DNA of 64,000 bases from a virus: positions 34,441 through 98,440 of IMG/VR virus record IMGVR_UViG_3300047444_000577; one strand, 5' to 3'. Numbering within the stretch: the first letter of the stretch is position 1; each line of letters opens with the position of its first letter. Shown one piece after another: positions 10,217-19,978 of this stretch. The translations under genes were made by a program, and so were the position numbers. The notes under the pieces are model-generated. The model was not told the origin of the DNA. It was given only the letters and a program-made list of their open reading frames with translations, and ran no database searches.

Positions 10217-13200
10217 TAACTCTTTCCTGACGCGATGAGGTTGATCCGCTTGTCCTCGGCGAGTGCCCGCATGAACTGGCTCGCCGCGTCACGGGCTGAC
10301 TGCTGGTCCATCACGCCCTGCACCTGCACAGTGATCGCGCCAGGGTGGAAGTTGAGCGTCGCCGCTCCGCCCTTCGCACCCGCGCCACCGATCCCACCGA
10401 CGATCGGCGAGTTGCTGGCCAGCGCCTTGCGGAACGCCTCGGCCTGGTACTGGGGCAGGATCATCTCGCCCTTGTGGACCCGCGCCGTCTGGTCGACGTC
10501 GATGTTCGTCGAGCCCACCGCGTAACCCTTGTAGGCACCGCCGTTGGACACGGACCTCACGCCGGGGATGTTGGCCAGCGAACCGTAGCGACTCTCCCCG
10601 TAGCGGACACCAGCGATGATGTTGTCGACCGGGTTCCAGATGTTCTTGTGACCAGCGATGGACCACTGACTGAACGTCGAGTCGATCGTCTGCATGACAC
10701 CCTTGGAGGGGTGCCCCGCCTTGGCGTTGGAGTCCCAGTTGTTCTGAGCCCTCGGGTTTCCACCGGACTCGCCCATGGCGATCGTGTTGACGAACGCCTC
10801 ATTCTGCGGGGTGTCCTGGTGCAGGATCCCCAGGGCGGTGGAGATCCAGTTCTTCAGCGACCCGGACGGCATCGCACCGGCCGCCTGGCTACCGTTGCTG
10901 GTGGTCTTGGTCGTGCCCTGATGCGCACCGACACCGGAGCCGACGCTGGCCGAGCCGATGGAGGAGATACCGGCCGCAATCGCGTTGACCTCCTCCGTGG
11001 ACCCGTAAGAACCCGTGTCACCGCCAAAGCCCATGGAGGACAGCCGGTTGGACTTCGACCCCGCCGTGTCGCTGTTGCTGTTGGTCTGGTCGCCCATGCT
11101 TCCGACCGACCCCAGGATCCGCCGAGCGTTGGTGAACTCGCCCGGGGAGAAGGAGCGGATGCGCACGGTAGCACCCGTGTGCGGAGCCTCCAGGCACTTC
11201 CCGTTGCCCACGCACATGACGACGTGGTGGGCCGGATTGCCCACGAACATCAGGTCTCCCGCGCGCACAGCGTTGAGAGGCACCTCAGTGCCAACGCCCT
11301 GCTGCTGCGCGGCCGTACGGGGCAGAGAGACACCGATCTGCTTGAAGATGTACTGAGTCAGGCCAGAGCAGTCGAAGGACGACTGAGGAGAGTTGCCACC
11401 CCACTTGTAGGGCATCCCGAGGAACCTCTTGCCGATCGAGATGACCGCCGACGCGGTCTTACCCGCGCCCTGCGTTCCCGTAGCCACAGAAGCCCCTCCA
11501 GCACCCGTGGCGGTACCGCCAGAGGCACCACCGGGGTTACCGTCACCGGAGGCGTTCGAAGGGTGCGACCGGTCCCACTGCAGACCGAGCGCCTTGAGTT
11601 CGGCAGCCTTCTGCGCCTTCGTCGCATGGGTGTGGTCCTTCTGCCCGTGAAGACCGAAGAGCCAGTCCGCCATACTCGCGTCCAGGAAGGACTTCTTGCT
11701 CTTGGTCAGGTCCCCGCTGTGCGACTTATCCAGGGTGCGCGCGGTGGTGCCACCCGCAGCCGAAGCCGCCAGCGCGGCCCACCCCACCGGACCCGCCGCA
11801 ATGGCAGCGCTCTCCCCCGCGACCGCCGTGCCGGTGACGGCAACACCCTCACTCGCAGCAGTGGCCGCCGACGCTGCCGACCGGGCGGTACGCAACCTGC
11901 CCAGTGCCCCGATGCCCCGCACCGCACCGTACGCACCCAGGCCCGAGGACAGGCTGGACCCAACGAGCGAACCCGCCCCACCGGAGAACCCCAGCGCACT
12001 GTTCGCACCCGTGGCATTGAGCACGCCCTGCAGCGCGGTGGAGAAGTCATCCAGGTACTTCGTCGCCGTCTGCAGACCAGACGTGAAGGAGTCGTTGATG
12101 TTGACGTCCTGGTTGCGCAACGTCCCGGCACGAGTCTGCAGGGTGTTGGCGGTCGAACCACCGATCTGCCACTTGTTCAACTGGTTCAACGCGCTCTTGG
12201 AACCTGCGTCAGCCTTGTTGGCCACACTGGTGTACGCCGTCGCCGAGGAGCCGTGAGTCTGCGCCAGCAGCATCCCGCGCAGCTCGCCCTTGACCAGTTG
12301 GACGGTATTGGGATCCAGGCCCCACGAATTGATCGACTGGTTCAGGCCCGACGCGGGGTCATCCAGCGTCGACGACAACTGCTGCGCGTTCTTGACGTTC
12401 TTCAACTGCGGGAACTGCCGGTAGATCTGCTGGGCAACCTGCCGGGGCGTCTGCTTCTGGCCGCCGACGATGGTGCTGATACCCATCCCGCGCAGCATGT
12501 TGTACGAACCGGCCTGCCACAGGGACGCACTGCCCGCAGCCCGCTGCGCCTGCGACATACCCGGGTTCATGTACCCCGAGGTACCGGTGACGTAGTTCCA
12601 CTGGGTGTTGAACCCCGGGGTGTTGCCCGACAGGCCCTGCCCGGCCAGCGTCCCATAGGCCGACGCGGCGTCCGTGGTGGACTGGGCTGTGTAGTTGTTA
12701 CGAAACGCCTGATTGCGCAGCGCCTGCCACGACGAAGCGGAACCCTGGGCAGCCTGGTAGGCGGTGGTCTGCATGACCACCTGGTCCGGCAGCTTCTGCT
12801 GCCCCCAACTCACCAGGGTCGAGGCAGCGCCTCCCAGGCCGTACGACCTTCCCTGGTTGGCGCGACCACGACCGCCCCAACCACCGTTGTTGGCCCCGCC
12901 ACCACCCTGCGAGCCCCCTGTGAAGGAGGACCCACCACCGTTGGGCGTACCGGAATTACGCGAGCCCCGGGAACGAGTCGGCGCGGTCGACGGAGCATCC
13001 GCACCACCATTCGACCGACCGTGCCCGTAGTTGCTGCTCCCATTCCACACGTCGTTGGCCAGCAGCCCGAAACCACGAGCCCTCGACATCTGCCCGACGC
13101 CAGAAGAGACGCCCTGCAGACCCCTGGTCAGGTCATTGATGGTACGGGTAAGGGACGAGATCGCATCCTGGGCCTTGTTAACCCCGAGGATCGGTCCCGC

Positions 13201-13227
13201 CCCTGCCGTCGTGCTTTCATCCGCCAT
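10216..13227 (-). CDS. Tape measure protein with NlpC/P60 and lytic transglycosylase domains
   Basis: Long Ala/Gly/Gln-rich region; LGMPYKWGG..FDCSGL..HV NlpC/P60 motif; ESGGNPRAQNNWDSNA..GVMQTI SLT motif. Confidence 0.9.
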   Translation of the reverse strand: MADESTTAGAGPILGVNKAQDAISSLTRTINDLTRGLQGVSSGVGQMSRARGFGLLANDVWNGSSNYGHGRSNGGADAPSTAPTRSRGSRNSGTPNGGGSSFTGGSQGGGGANNGGWGGRGRANQGRSYGLGGAASTLVSWGQQKLPDQVVMQTTAYQAAQGSASSWQALRNQAFRNNYTAQSTTDAASAYGTLAGQGLSGNTPGFNTQWNYVTGTSGYMNPGMSQAQRAAGSASLWQAGSYNMLRGMGISTIVGGQKQTPRQVAQQIYRQFPQLKNVKNAQQLSSTLDDPASGLNQSINSWGLDPNTVQLVKGELRGMLLAQTHGSSATAYTSVANKADAGSKSALNQLNKWQIGGSTANTLQTRAGTLRNQDVNINDSFTSGLQTATKYLDDFSTALQGVLNATGANSALGFSGGAGSLVGSSLSSGLGAYGAVRGIGALGRLRTARSAASAATAASEGVAVTGTAVAGESAAIAAGPVGWAALAASAAGGTTARTLDKSHSGDLTKSKKSFLDASMADWLFGLHGQKDHTHATKAQKAAELKALGLQWDRSHPSNASGDGNPGGASGGTATGAGGASVATGTQGAGKTASAVISIGKRFLGMPYKWGGNSPQSSFDCSGLTQYIFKQIGVSLPRTAAQQQGVGTEVPLNAVRAGDLMFVGNPAHHVVMCVGNGKCLEAPHTGATVRIRSFSPGEFTNARRILGSVGSMGDQTNSNSDTAGSKSNRLSSMGFGGDTGSYGSTEEVNAIAAGISSIGSASVGSGVGAHQGTTKTTSNGSQAAGAMPSGSLKNWISTALGILHQDTPQNEAFVNTIAMGESGGNPRAQNNWDSNAKAGHPSKGVMQTIDSTFSQWSIAGHKNIWNPVDNIIAGVRYGESRYGSLANIPGVRSVSNGGAYKGYAVGSTNIDVDQTARVHKGEMILPQYQAEAFRKALASNSPIVGGIGGAGAKGGAATLNFHPGAITVQVQGVMDQQSARDAASQFMRALAEDKRINLIASGKS

Positions 13228-13394
13228 TTTCAGCCTCAGCCACTCGCCTATTTCGCTGCGCCCTGAACCATTCCACCCAGTGCAGACGCTCGCGCACGGA
13301 CAACCGGCGTATTTCGCTGAGGCTCCATGCCGGGCTCAGTTCCACTAGTTGCTCGTATTCGAAATACGTGTCGTGGTAGTTACAGGCCCTGAAA
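13217..13394 (-). CDS. Startless tail-chaperone extension (gpGT/gpE'-like), probably reached by +1 frameshift
   Basis: YFEYEQLVELSPAWSLSEIRRLSVRERLHWVEWF resembles pre-tape-measure chaperone extensions; no suitable start codon; overlaps the chaperone end in the +1 frame. Confidence 0.55.
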
Positions 13395-14246
13395 CAGATC
13401 CCCCGCACTGATGTACAAGGGGACCTCCTTACCGCACGCTTCATGCGTGAACTTGATGTCATTGTACTGAGGGCCGGGTTGCTTTTGCTCAATGGCATCC
13501 AGGATCGACCGGCGGTCGACGATCCCCAGAGAGCGCGCGAATTCAGCATTGCTGCTGACTGCCGTCTCGGTGCCATTTGCCGTGACGACGGATATCAGAC
13601 ACCGGGAAAGCAGAAGGGTGTCCTGCTCGGACGCGGTGGTGCGCTCGGCGACAGCCAGTACAGCGTCCTGGTCCGAGCCGACGGGGAGCCGGACGAACGC
13701 CTTTCTTCCGTTGCGCAGGGGCACCTCGAAGATGCGCTGGGAGGGGTCGTCCATGCGGCGCACGGGGATCTCGTCGAGCGTGACCGACAGCCGGAACTCC
13801 TCGCCGCAGTGCATGCAGGAGAACTTGTCCCAGACGATCTCGTCGCCGAAGGTGGCGCGCCGGATCTCCAAGAGCAGGTTGTCCCGGTCGCCGAGCAAGA
13901 GGTTGCTGAGCACGGACTGGCTGGCCTGCTGATCGCCGATCGAGACAGTCCCGCAGGCCAGGAGCGTGGAGACGAACTTACCCAAACCGGCCTGCCTGGC
14001 CTTGGCGATGGCTTCCTCGTCTGCGCCGGTCAGTTCGCGAACCTCGGCGTCGTACCGAACTGAGGCGAAGTCCCCACCCGAGACGTAGCCTCCCGGCAGG
14101 CGGAAACTGCCACCTGCCGGGAGGGGGATCTCGGGCTTGACGACCTGTCCCTCCCCGTTCTGCATCGCCGCCGAAATAGCGGCATTGGCGAGACCGGGGT
14201 TCATGAGGGGGTTGGTGTACCCCCCGGTATGAAGGTCGTTAGCCAC
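13380..14246 (-). CDS. Tail assembly chaperone / baseplate hub assembly-like protein
   Basis: VRELTGADEEAI, GDRD.LLLEIRRATFG and CxxC motifs; lies between the tube and tape measure genes. Confidence 0.7.
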   Translation of the reverse strand: MANDLHTGGYTNPLMNPGLANAAISAAMQNGEGQVVKPEIPLPAGGSFRLPGGYVSGGDFASVRYDAEVRELTGADEEAIAKARQAGLGKFVSTLLACGTVSIGDQQASQSVLSNLLLGDRDNLLLEIRRATFGDEIVWDKFSCMHCGEEFRLSVTLDEIPVRRMDDPSQRIFEVPLRNGRKAFVRLPVGSDQDAVLAVAERTTASEQDTLLLSRCLISVVTANGTETAVSSNAEFARSLGIVDRRSILDAIEQKQPGPQYNDIKFTHEACGKEVPLYISAGDLFQGL

Positions 14247-14283
14247 GGATAGTGCTCCTAATCGTGTCGTGTTTCGGCGCTAG

Positions 14284-15126
14284 TTAGAAACTAACGTCTT
14301 GCGTTCCCGTACTGGTAGCCAGGGCGAACTCGAACCCTTCGTGGGCCAGGGTCATCTGCTGGACGATGATCGCGTTGGCTCCGGCGTCGAGGTCGGACCA
14401 GGCTATTGCGGTCGGCCACGCGTTCCAGACGCGGAACGAGGCCTTGACCGGCGGGTTCGGAACGGTGACCGGGAAATCCAGGACGTTGATGGTGACCATC
14501 TGCCGGAACTCCGCACCGGGCTTGCCAGTTCCCGTTCCCTGGATGACGGTGAACAACTGCCGCATCCAGTCCATCATCTGCGTGTCGCCGATCGCCATGC
14601 CCTTGGACAGGGTGATCGGAGCGAAGTCGGACTGACCCATTCTGTTACCCCTCCGATTCCTCGGAGTGGGCCGATCATTTCTGTCGGCCTCTTACGCTCT
14701 CGCGCAAGATCGGAACTATATCTTGATCCCGGAGGGATCTCCCGTACATAGTCTCTGAACCTTCCCCATTTGACAGGGGCTCGGCTGCTGATTTTCCCTA
14801 CCCTGATCTTTTCGAACCATCACGCCTAGGCTTTCGCCTTACGTTGTGGTGACCAGGTCTAACAGGACGTTCCAGCAATTCTCGGGATTATCCTGCGCAA
14901 CTTACGCTGCGAGGGCCCAATCGCTCATAGGCATCTTCTGCGTGGTCGTATTCATACCGCCTTCGCGGTATGGAATGACCTCGGTCGTGACGTTGAGGCC
15001 GGACACGGACATGAAGCCCATGCGGGCGAAGCCCTTGATGTCCGGGTGCTGGATCTGCACCTGGAACTTGAAGTTGCGGAGGGGGTCCGTGGCGATGTGC
15101 CCCACGGACGGCGTGACCTTGGCCAT
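14284..15126 (-). CDS. Tail tube protein (T4 gp19-like), spliced: exons 15126-14929 and 14637-14284, 183 aa
   Basis: DPLRNFKFQV...GFMSVSGL...YREGG.NTT.QKMP joins GQSDFAPITLSKG...NAWP...DLDA to give a continuous gp19-family sequence once the intron is removed. Confidence 0.92.
14638..14928 (-). ncRNA. Group I intron (291 nt, no ORF) in the tail tube gene
   Basis: 5' exon ends in U (CCU), intron ends in G; core P AAUUGCUGGAA, Q AAUCAGCAG, R GUUCAGAGACUA, S AAGAUAUAGUUC; P1 GCCU/GGGC, P10 GAUU/GGUC. Confidence 0.93.
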
Positions 15127-15138
15127 GGTTTCTTCTCC

Positions 15139-16677
15139 TTACGAGGTGGACGTGGCGGTGCTGGACGCGCCGCTGTACTGGCCGACCTCGATGACGATGT
15201 ACTCGGCGGGGTTGAGCAGGGCGACGCCGACCTGGACGTTGACCTGGCCGTTCTGCACGGAGGTCGGCGTGTTGTTGGTCGCGTCGCAGATCACGAAGAA
15301 GGCCTGGCTCGGGGTCGACCCGGACAGCACGCCTATCTGCAGGAGCGTCATCAGGTACTGGGTGACGACTGCCGAGACCTGGGACCAGAGGATCTCGTCG
15401 TTGGGCTCGAACACCGCGAAAGCCGTGGTGTCGACCAGCCCCTTCTCGATCATCATCAGAGAGCGCCGGATGGACACGTAGCGGTCCGGCATGCCAGCCG
15501 ACAGGGTCCGTGCGCCGTAGATGACGAACCCCACCCCCGGGAGGCTCTTGATGACGTTGACGCCCGCCACGTTCAGGGAGTCCTGGTCGGTGGAGGAGAA
15601 CCGGAACTGCAGGTCGAGAACACCCCGCAAGGCCGTGTCGGGACCGGCCGGAGGCTTCTGCACACCACGCGAGGCGTCGGTGCGCGCGTACTGGCCCAGC
15701 ACCGCTCCGCCTGGGGGCAGCAGCCTGGCGCTGCCGTTGGCCAGCGTGGCGGGGTCGTTGACGATCAGCCACGGCCCGTAGATGGCCACGTGCGAGGAAG
15801 ACGTCAGTGAACCCGCGCCGGTCGCCTGACCTAGCAGGGTGACAGTGTAGGAGGCCTCGGTGTCCGACGAGGAAGCCTTCGCCCCGTCCACGACCACGAA
15901 CACGTTGCCCTGGGCCTCAGCCCAGGCGATGACAGCGTTCAGGTTGGTCGAGTCGGTGACGCCGGGGAGGTTGAGAACCAGGTTGTCCGTCAGCACACTC
16001 AGGCGCTCGGTCGCGGCAACCAGGTCCACCGAAGCGGTTCCCTCGGTGCCACCGATCAGCGGCGTACCGGTCTGCACGGCCGGGGCGTGGGTGGCGTCCC
16101 ACGCTGTGGTCAGGAGCGACTGGATCTGGATGTACGCCGAGCCCGTCACCGGACTGTTGATCAGCGCGGTCGCGTTGCGGGAGTCGGCCGGGTCCAGGGA
16201 GACGTCGGTGAAGCGCTCCTTTGCGAACGCGCTGGAGGTACCGCCGACGTAGACGACCAGGTCGAAGCGACCGGCCCCCGCAGCACTGGCGACGACGTCG
16301 AGGAAGATCTCGTTGCCCCACGTCCCCGGGGAGATCGCGGAGACCTTGAGGGTGCCCTCTGGGGTGGTCTCGGTGTCCATCAGGGTGACGGTGGCCGTGG
16401 CTGCGTCCGAGGCAGCCGCGCGCACCACGTAGCAGCCGCTGCCACCATTGTTGAAGTACTGGTAGACCGCGAACGGCAACAGGTCAGACGTGTCTCCGAA
16501 GCCGCCGTAGATGGACACGTACTGGGAGAAGGAGGACACCAGGGTCGGTGCCAGTGGCCCGCCCTGCTTGCAGGTGCCGACGAACGCGGCGCTGGACGCA
16601 CCGGGAGTCGTCGCGGCCTGCGCGAGAGGGGTCAGCGTCTCGTTCAGGTAGACGCCTGGCCGCTTGTAAACGGTCAT
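15139..16677 (-). CDS. Contractile tail sheath protein
   Basis: YKRPGVY..E, YFNNGG..CYVVR, PPGGAVLG..ARTD..RGV.KPPA, YGARTL, FEPND, PAEYIVI motifs. Confidence 0.95.
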   Translation of the reverse strand: MTVYKRPGVYLNETLTPLAQAATTPGASSAAFVGTCKQGGPLAPTLVSSFSQYVSIYGGFGDTSDLLPFAVYQYFNNGGSGCYVVRAAASDAATATVTLMDTETTPEGTLKVSAISPGTWGNEIFLDVVASAAGAGRFDLVVYVGGTSSAFAKERFTDVSLDPADSRNATALINSPVTGSAYIQIQSLLTTAWDATHAPAVQTGTPLIGGTEGTASVDLVAATERLSVLTDNLVLNLPGVTDSTNLNAVIAWAEAQGNVFVVVDGAKASSSDTEASYTVTLLGQATGAGSLTSSSHVAIYGPWLIVNDPATLANGSARLLPPGGAVLGQYARTDASRGVQKPPAGPDTALRGVLDLQFRFSSTDQDSLNVAGVNVIKSLPGVGFVIYGARTLSAGMPDRYVSIRRSLMMIEKGLVDTTAFAVFEPNDEILWSQVSAVVTQYLMTLLQIGVLSGSTPSQAFFVICDATNNTPTSVQNGQVNVQVGVALLNPAEYIVIEVGQYSGASSTATSTS

Positions 16678-16711
16678 GGATGCTCTTTCCTACTGTGAGA
16701 AATTCCTGGGG

Positions 16712-17368
16712 TTACGAATTCGATTCCAGGTAGGCAGTACCAGATACGTTGTCCGTGTAGTACTCGTGGGTCAGATGGACGGTCTGGACCGCCCCATAGG
16801 CGACAGCCGTTTCGGGGAGCATTTCGCTGGCCACGGAGATCAGGTATTCCCGACGGAACAACCGCTTGCCGTCGCTGTCCCGGGTACTAACCACCTCGGG
16901 GCCGCCGAGAAGGTCGAGCGTGCGGACCGTCCCGTCCTCCGGAATTTCCAGGAAACCGAATCGCGCAGGAATGTAGATTCGCTGCGCGAGCGTGGCTGCC
17001 AGGGAAATGTCGTGCCAGGATTCGCGGGTGTACACGAGGATCCGATAGCGGAGGTTGTACGGGACGGGGTAGTCCATCTGGTACGGCGACTTCGTCACGT
17101 CCCACCCGCTGGCGGCGGGATCCCACCAGGTCGTAGCCCCCTCGGGGGCGTACGGGAGGTACGTCTGGCCACGGTGCTCGCGGTCGTCGGCCTTCTCGAT
17201 CCCAGCGTGCTCGATGACGATCAGCGGAAATGTCTGCTGAGCCAATTCCGATTCGGGCACGCGATAGCGCACCGCGACGGGACGTCCCTCGGGTGCGTTT
17301 GCGTCGGTGACTGTGAGACCGGTGAGTTTCACCTTGACGGCGCGGTCCTCATTGATGAGCCACGGCAT
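16712..17368 (-). CDS. Tail terminator/completion protein (putative)
   Basis: Lies immediately upstream of the sheath gene; FPLIVIE...PYNLRYRI pattern. Confidence 0.55.
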   Translation of the reverse strand: MPWLINEDRAVKVKLTGLTVTDANAPEGRPVAVRYRVPESELAQQTFPLIVIEHAGIEKADDREHRGQTYLPYAPEGATTWWDPAASGWDVTKSPYQMDYPVPYNLRYRILVYTRESWHDISLAATLAQRIYIPARFGFLEIPEDGTVRTLDLLGGPEVVSTRDSDGKRLFRREYLISVASEMLPETAVAYGAVQTVHLTHEYYTDNVSGTAYLESNS

Positions 17369-17460
17369 ACTTGTCGGCCTCGCTCGGGAAACTGATCGGC
17401 TGGTTTGTCCAGCTCAATTAGGATCTCAAGAAGGCCGACCAAGTTTGTAAGCCGCTTGTG

Positions 17461-19401
17461 CTAGACGGGGTACCAGACACCGCCGATGGACGACAGCGTC
17501 ACATGCTGCCCGGGGGTATTCAGCACATACGTGCCCACCGTTCCCCCGATGGTTTCGCCGGACGCCGCATTGAGGGTGACCGTATTGGCGGTCGCGTCCT
17601 TCTTGACCACCCGGTATTCCATCGGAGCCGACACGGCCGTAGGAACACTGACAGTCAGGTTCCCTCCGGAGGCGTCCACCCCCAGCGTCCGGTCGATCGC
17701 GTTGAGCGTGGCAGCGGCGTTGGTGGTGCGGGTGCTGTTGGGCAGCTTCCCGTTGGTCTGCAGCATCCCGCAGGCCGGGTAGGTCAGGTTGAACAGACTC
17801 GGATCGAACATACCGAACCAAGTGACATGCCCCAGTGCGGCAGCCATCGTCCCGGCGGAGTCGGCGTCGATCGTGGGGTTGGCTGACTCCGTGTCCAGGA
17901 CGCCGACGGTGAGGAAGGGGCCATAACCCTCGGATCCCTGTCCGCGCAGGTAGATCTGACGAGAACACGCCTCAATGCTGGCGTGGTTGACGACGATGCC
18001 GTGGGTGGCCCCCACACTCCCCCAGTAGGTGCCCTCCGCCACCAGCCCCGCCCAGTGGTACAGCAGCCTGATGGAGGTGACGTACGTGTGCTCGGTGGCC
18101 CACAGTCCATAGGTGAAGCCACTGATCGTGACGTCGTCGACCATGCAGCGGTCGTTGTTGCCCGAAGCGGGCATCAGCACACCCGCGCACAGCCCCGTGC
18201 CCAGCAGGCTGGAGTTGGCGAAGTCGTTACCTGCCACCGTGCCGGTGGTGCCGATACCGACACGCCGCAGGCCCAGGTTGGCGATACCCCGGCCGTCGAT
18301 GCCGGAAGGGTGCAGACCATACGTGGTGTGCGGGACCAGGATCGTGATGTCCTCGAAGTCCACCGCGAGGTTGGAGAACACGCCAGGTGCCTGCCCGTAC
18401 CCGTTCGTCGGGGTGGGACCACCGATCACGGATATGTATCCGTTGGCGTTGATCGCAGTGCTCTGCGCACCGGGGCCGGAGAACGGGGGGAGGAACGACA
18501 CCAGGGTGGAGCCGCTGAACTGCGGGACGGTCGCGTTCCAGTGGGGGACGGCGCAGCCAATGCCGAAGCCCTTCCAGCGCAGAGCGTTCTTGTCGAGCGT
18601 GTCCAGGTTGTTCGGCAGCGTGATCTGCGCGTTGCCCTTGGTGGTGCCTCCCGTCACCGGCTGGCCGTCGATGCCGTAGAACTGGCCTCCTGTGGGGGGC
18701 GGTACCAGGATCGTGGCAGTCTTGGAGTTGGCCACGGCCCAGGCGTAAGCGGCGTCAGCGCAATTCTGGAAGGCCGCGCGGTCGCCCGTTGCGATCAGCA
18801 CCCGAGCACCGGTCACGGTCACCGCCGCGCTGAGGGAAAGCGTGACGGATGAGGGACTGATGTACTGGGTGATCTGCGCGACGTGGGAGACGACACCCAC
18901 CCCGGCAGCACCGTGGACGATGACCCACTGGTTGACCGACTGCGGCGTGAAGGGGGCGCTACTGGGGAGGTTGAGTACGTTGGTCAGAGAGTTGATGCCC
19001 GCGTCCATGTAGATGCGGCCATCACCCTTGGCCCCGTAGTCCAGGACGCTGAACTCCCAGGGCCGGATCTTGGAGTACCTGGTCGCCGCGTCCGCCTTGG
19101 CCGCAGCGATGTCGGCCAGTTCCTGGGTGCCATCGACCTTGCTGCTAGCCAAGCCTGAGACAGTGGTGTGAAGCCCCGCCAGGTCAGCAGCCGTGGTGTT
19201 GTGACTGCTCTGCAGAGCAGCGACGTCAGCGGCTTCCTGCGTTGTGTCTATCTTGCTGGTGGCCAGGCCGGTCACCGTCGTATGAAGCCCGGCGAGGTCG
19301 GCGGCCGTGGCGATCTCGTTGTTGTCCAGGGTGGTCAGGTCGGCGTTCAGCGCGACGTCCCAGCCGGTGGAGCCCTTCGCGGGCAGCGACACATTGCTCA
19401 T
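17461..19401 (-). CDS. Beta-helix (pectin-lyase-like) spike/fibre protein
   Basis: FSVLDYGAKGDG motif and beta-helix-like body; tandem TAADLAGLHTTV..LA.SK.D..QE.AD.AA repeat; ATG at 19401. Confidence 0.7.
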   Translation of the reverse strand: MSNVSLPAKGSTGWDVALNADLTTLDNNEIATAADLAGLHTTVTGLATSKIDTTQEAADVAALQSSHNTTAADLAGLHTTVSGLASSKVDGTQELADIAAAKADAATRYSKIRPWEFSVLDYGAKGDGRIYMDAGINSLTNVLNLPSSAPFTPQSVNQWVIVHGAAGVGVVSHVAQITQYISPSSVTLSLSAAVTVTGARVLIATGDRAAFQNCADAAYAWAVANSKTATILVPPPTGGQFYGIDGQPVTGGTTKGNAQITLPNNLDTLDKNALRWKGFGIGCAVPHWNATVPQFSGSTLVSFLPPFSGPGAQSTAINANGYISVIGGPTPTNGYGQAPGVFSNLAVDFEDITILVPHTTYGLHPSGIDGRGIANLGLRRVGIGTTGTVAGNDFANSSLLGTGLCAGVLMPASGNNDRCMVDDVTISGFTYGLWATEHTYVTSIRLLYHWAGLVAEGTYWGSVGATHGIVVNHASIEACSRQIYLRGQGSEGYGPFLTVGVLDTESANPTIDADSAGTMAAALGHVTWFGMFDPSLFNLTYPACGMLQTNGKLPNSTRTTNAAATLNAIDRTLGVDASGGNLTVSVPTAVSAPMEYRVVKKDATANTVTLNAASGETIGGTVGTYVLNTPGQHVTLSSIGGVWYPV

Positions 19402-19403
19402 GC

Positions 19404-19973
19404 TCAAACTCCGTAGGGGGTGACGCCGTAGCCGCCGTTGCCGTAACCGCTGGGGGGTACCGGCTGCGACCAGTGTGCGAACTGTGTGTCGTTGACCAGC
19501 TCGTCCGCCTTCAACTGGACGCACTCCAGGCCGACGATGATGTCCCGGTTCTTGATCTGTCCGAGGATGGCGGCCGACTCCACCCGGAAGACCTTGGTGT
19601 CGTAGACGATGCGGTCCGTCAGGTACCTCTGGTTGTCGATGTCCAGGTCGGTGAACCCCATCCGGCGAAGAGCGTCGAAACTGCACGTGACGTGCAGGTT
19701 GTTCACCGTGTACAGGCCCTGTGTCGTGTCGTCCGCCGGACTCTGACTGTGGGCCACGTGCAGGGCCGGAACGCGGAACGGTCCGTGGAAGACCTTCCCG
19801 GCCCCAGTGCCTTCGTCGTACAGGTCATCGCCCAGCGCGTCGGCGTAGGCGAAGCGGTAGTAGTCGATGCGCTCTCCGACCTCGGTCTGACGACCGCGAA
19901 GCGCACCCATGATGTGGGTGGTCTCGAAGTCGACGTTGAACCGGCCGTGCGTCTTCCAATCCATGCGGCCCAC
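19404..19973 (-). CDS. Head-tail joining/closure protein (putative)
   Basis: Position in the head-tail module; DRIVYD.KVFRV pattern. Confidence 0.5.
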   Translation of the reverse strand: MGRMDWKTHGRFNVDFETTHIMGALRGRQTEVGERIDYYRFAYADALGDDLYDEGTGAGKVFHGPFRVPALHVAHSQSPADDTTQGLYTVNNLHVTCSFDALRRMGFTDLDIDNQRYLTDRIVYDTKVFRVESAAILGQIKNRDIIVGLECVQLKADELVNDTQFAHWSQPVPPSGYGNGGYGVTPYGV

Positions 19974-19978
19974 TCAGA

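Noticed and set aside
1-17368. Stand-alone eCIS or tailocin
   Set aside because: The tail genes are contiguous with capsid, portal and terminase genes, so this is a phage
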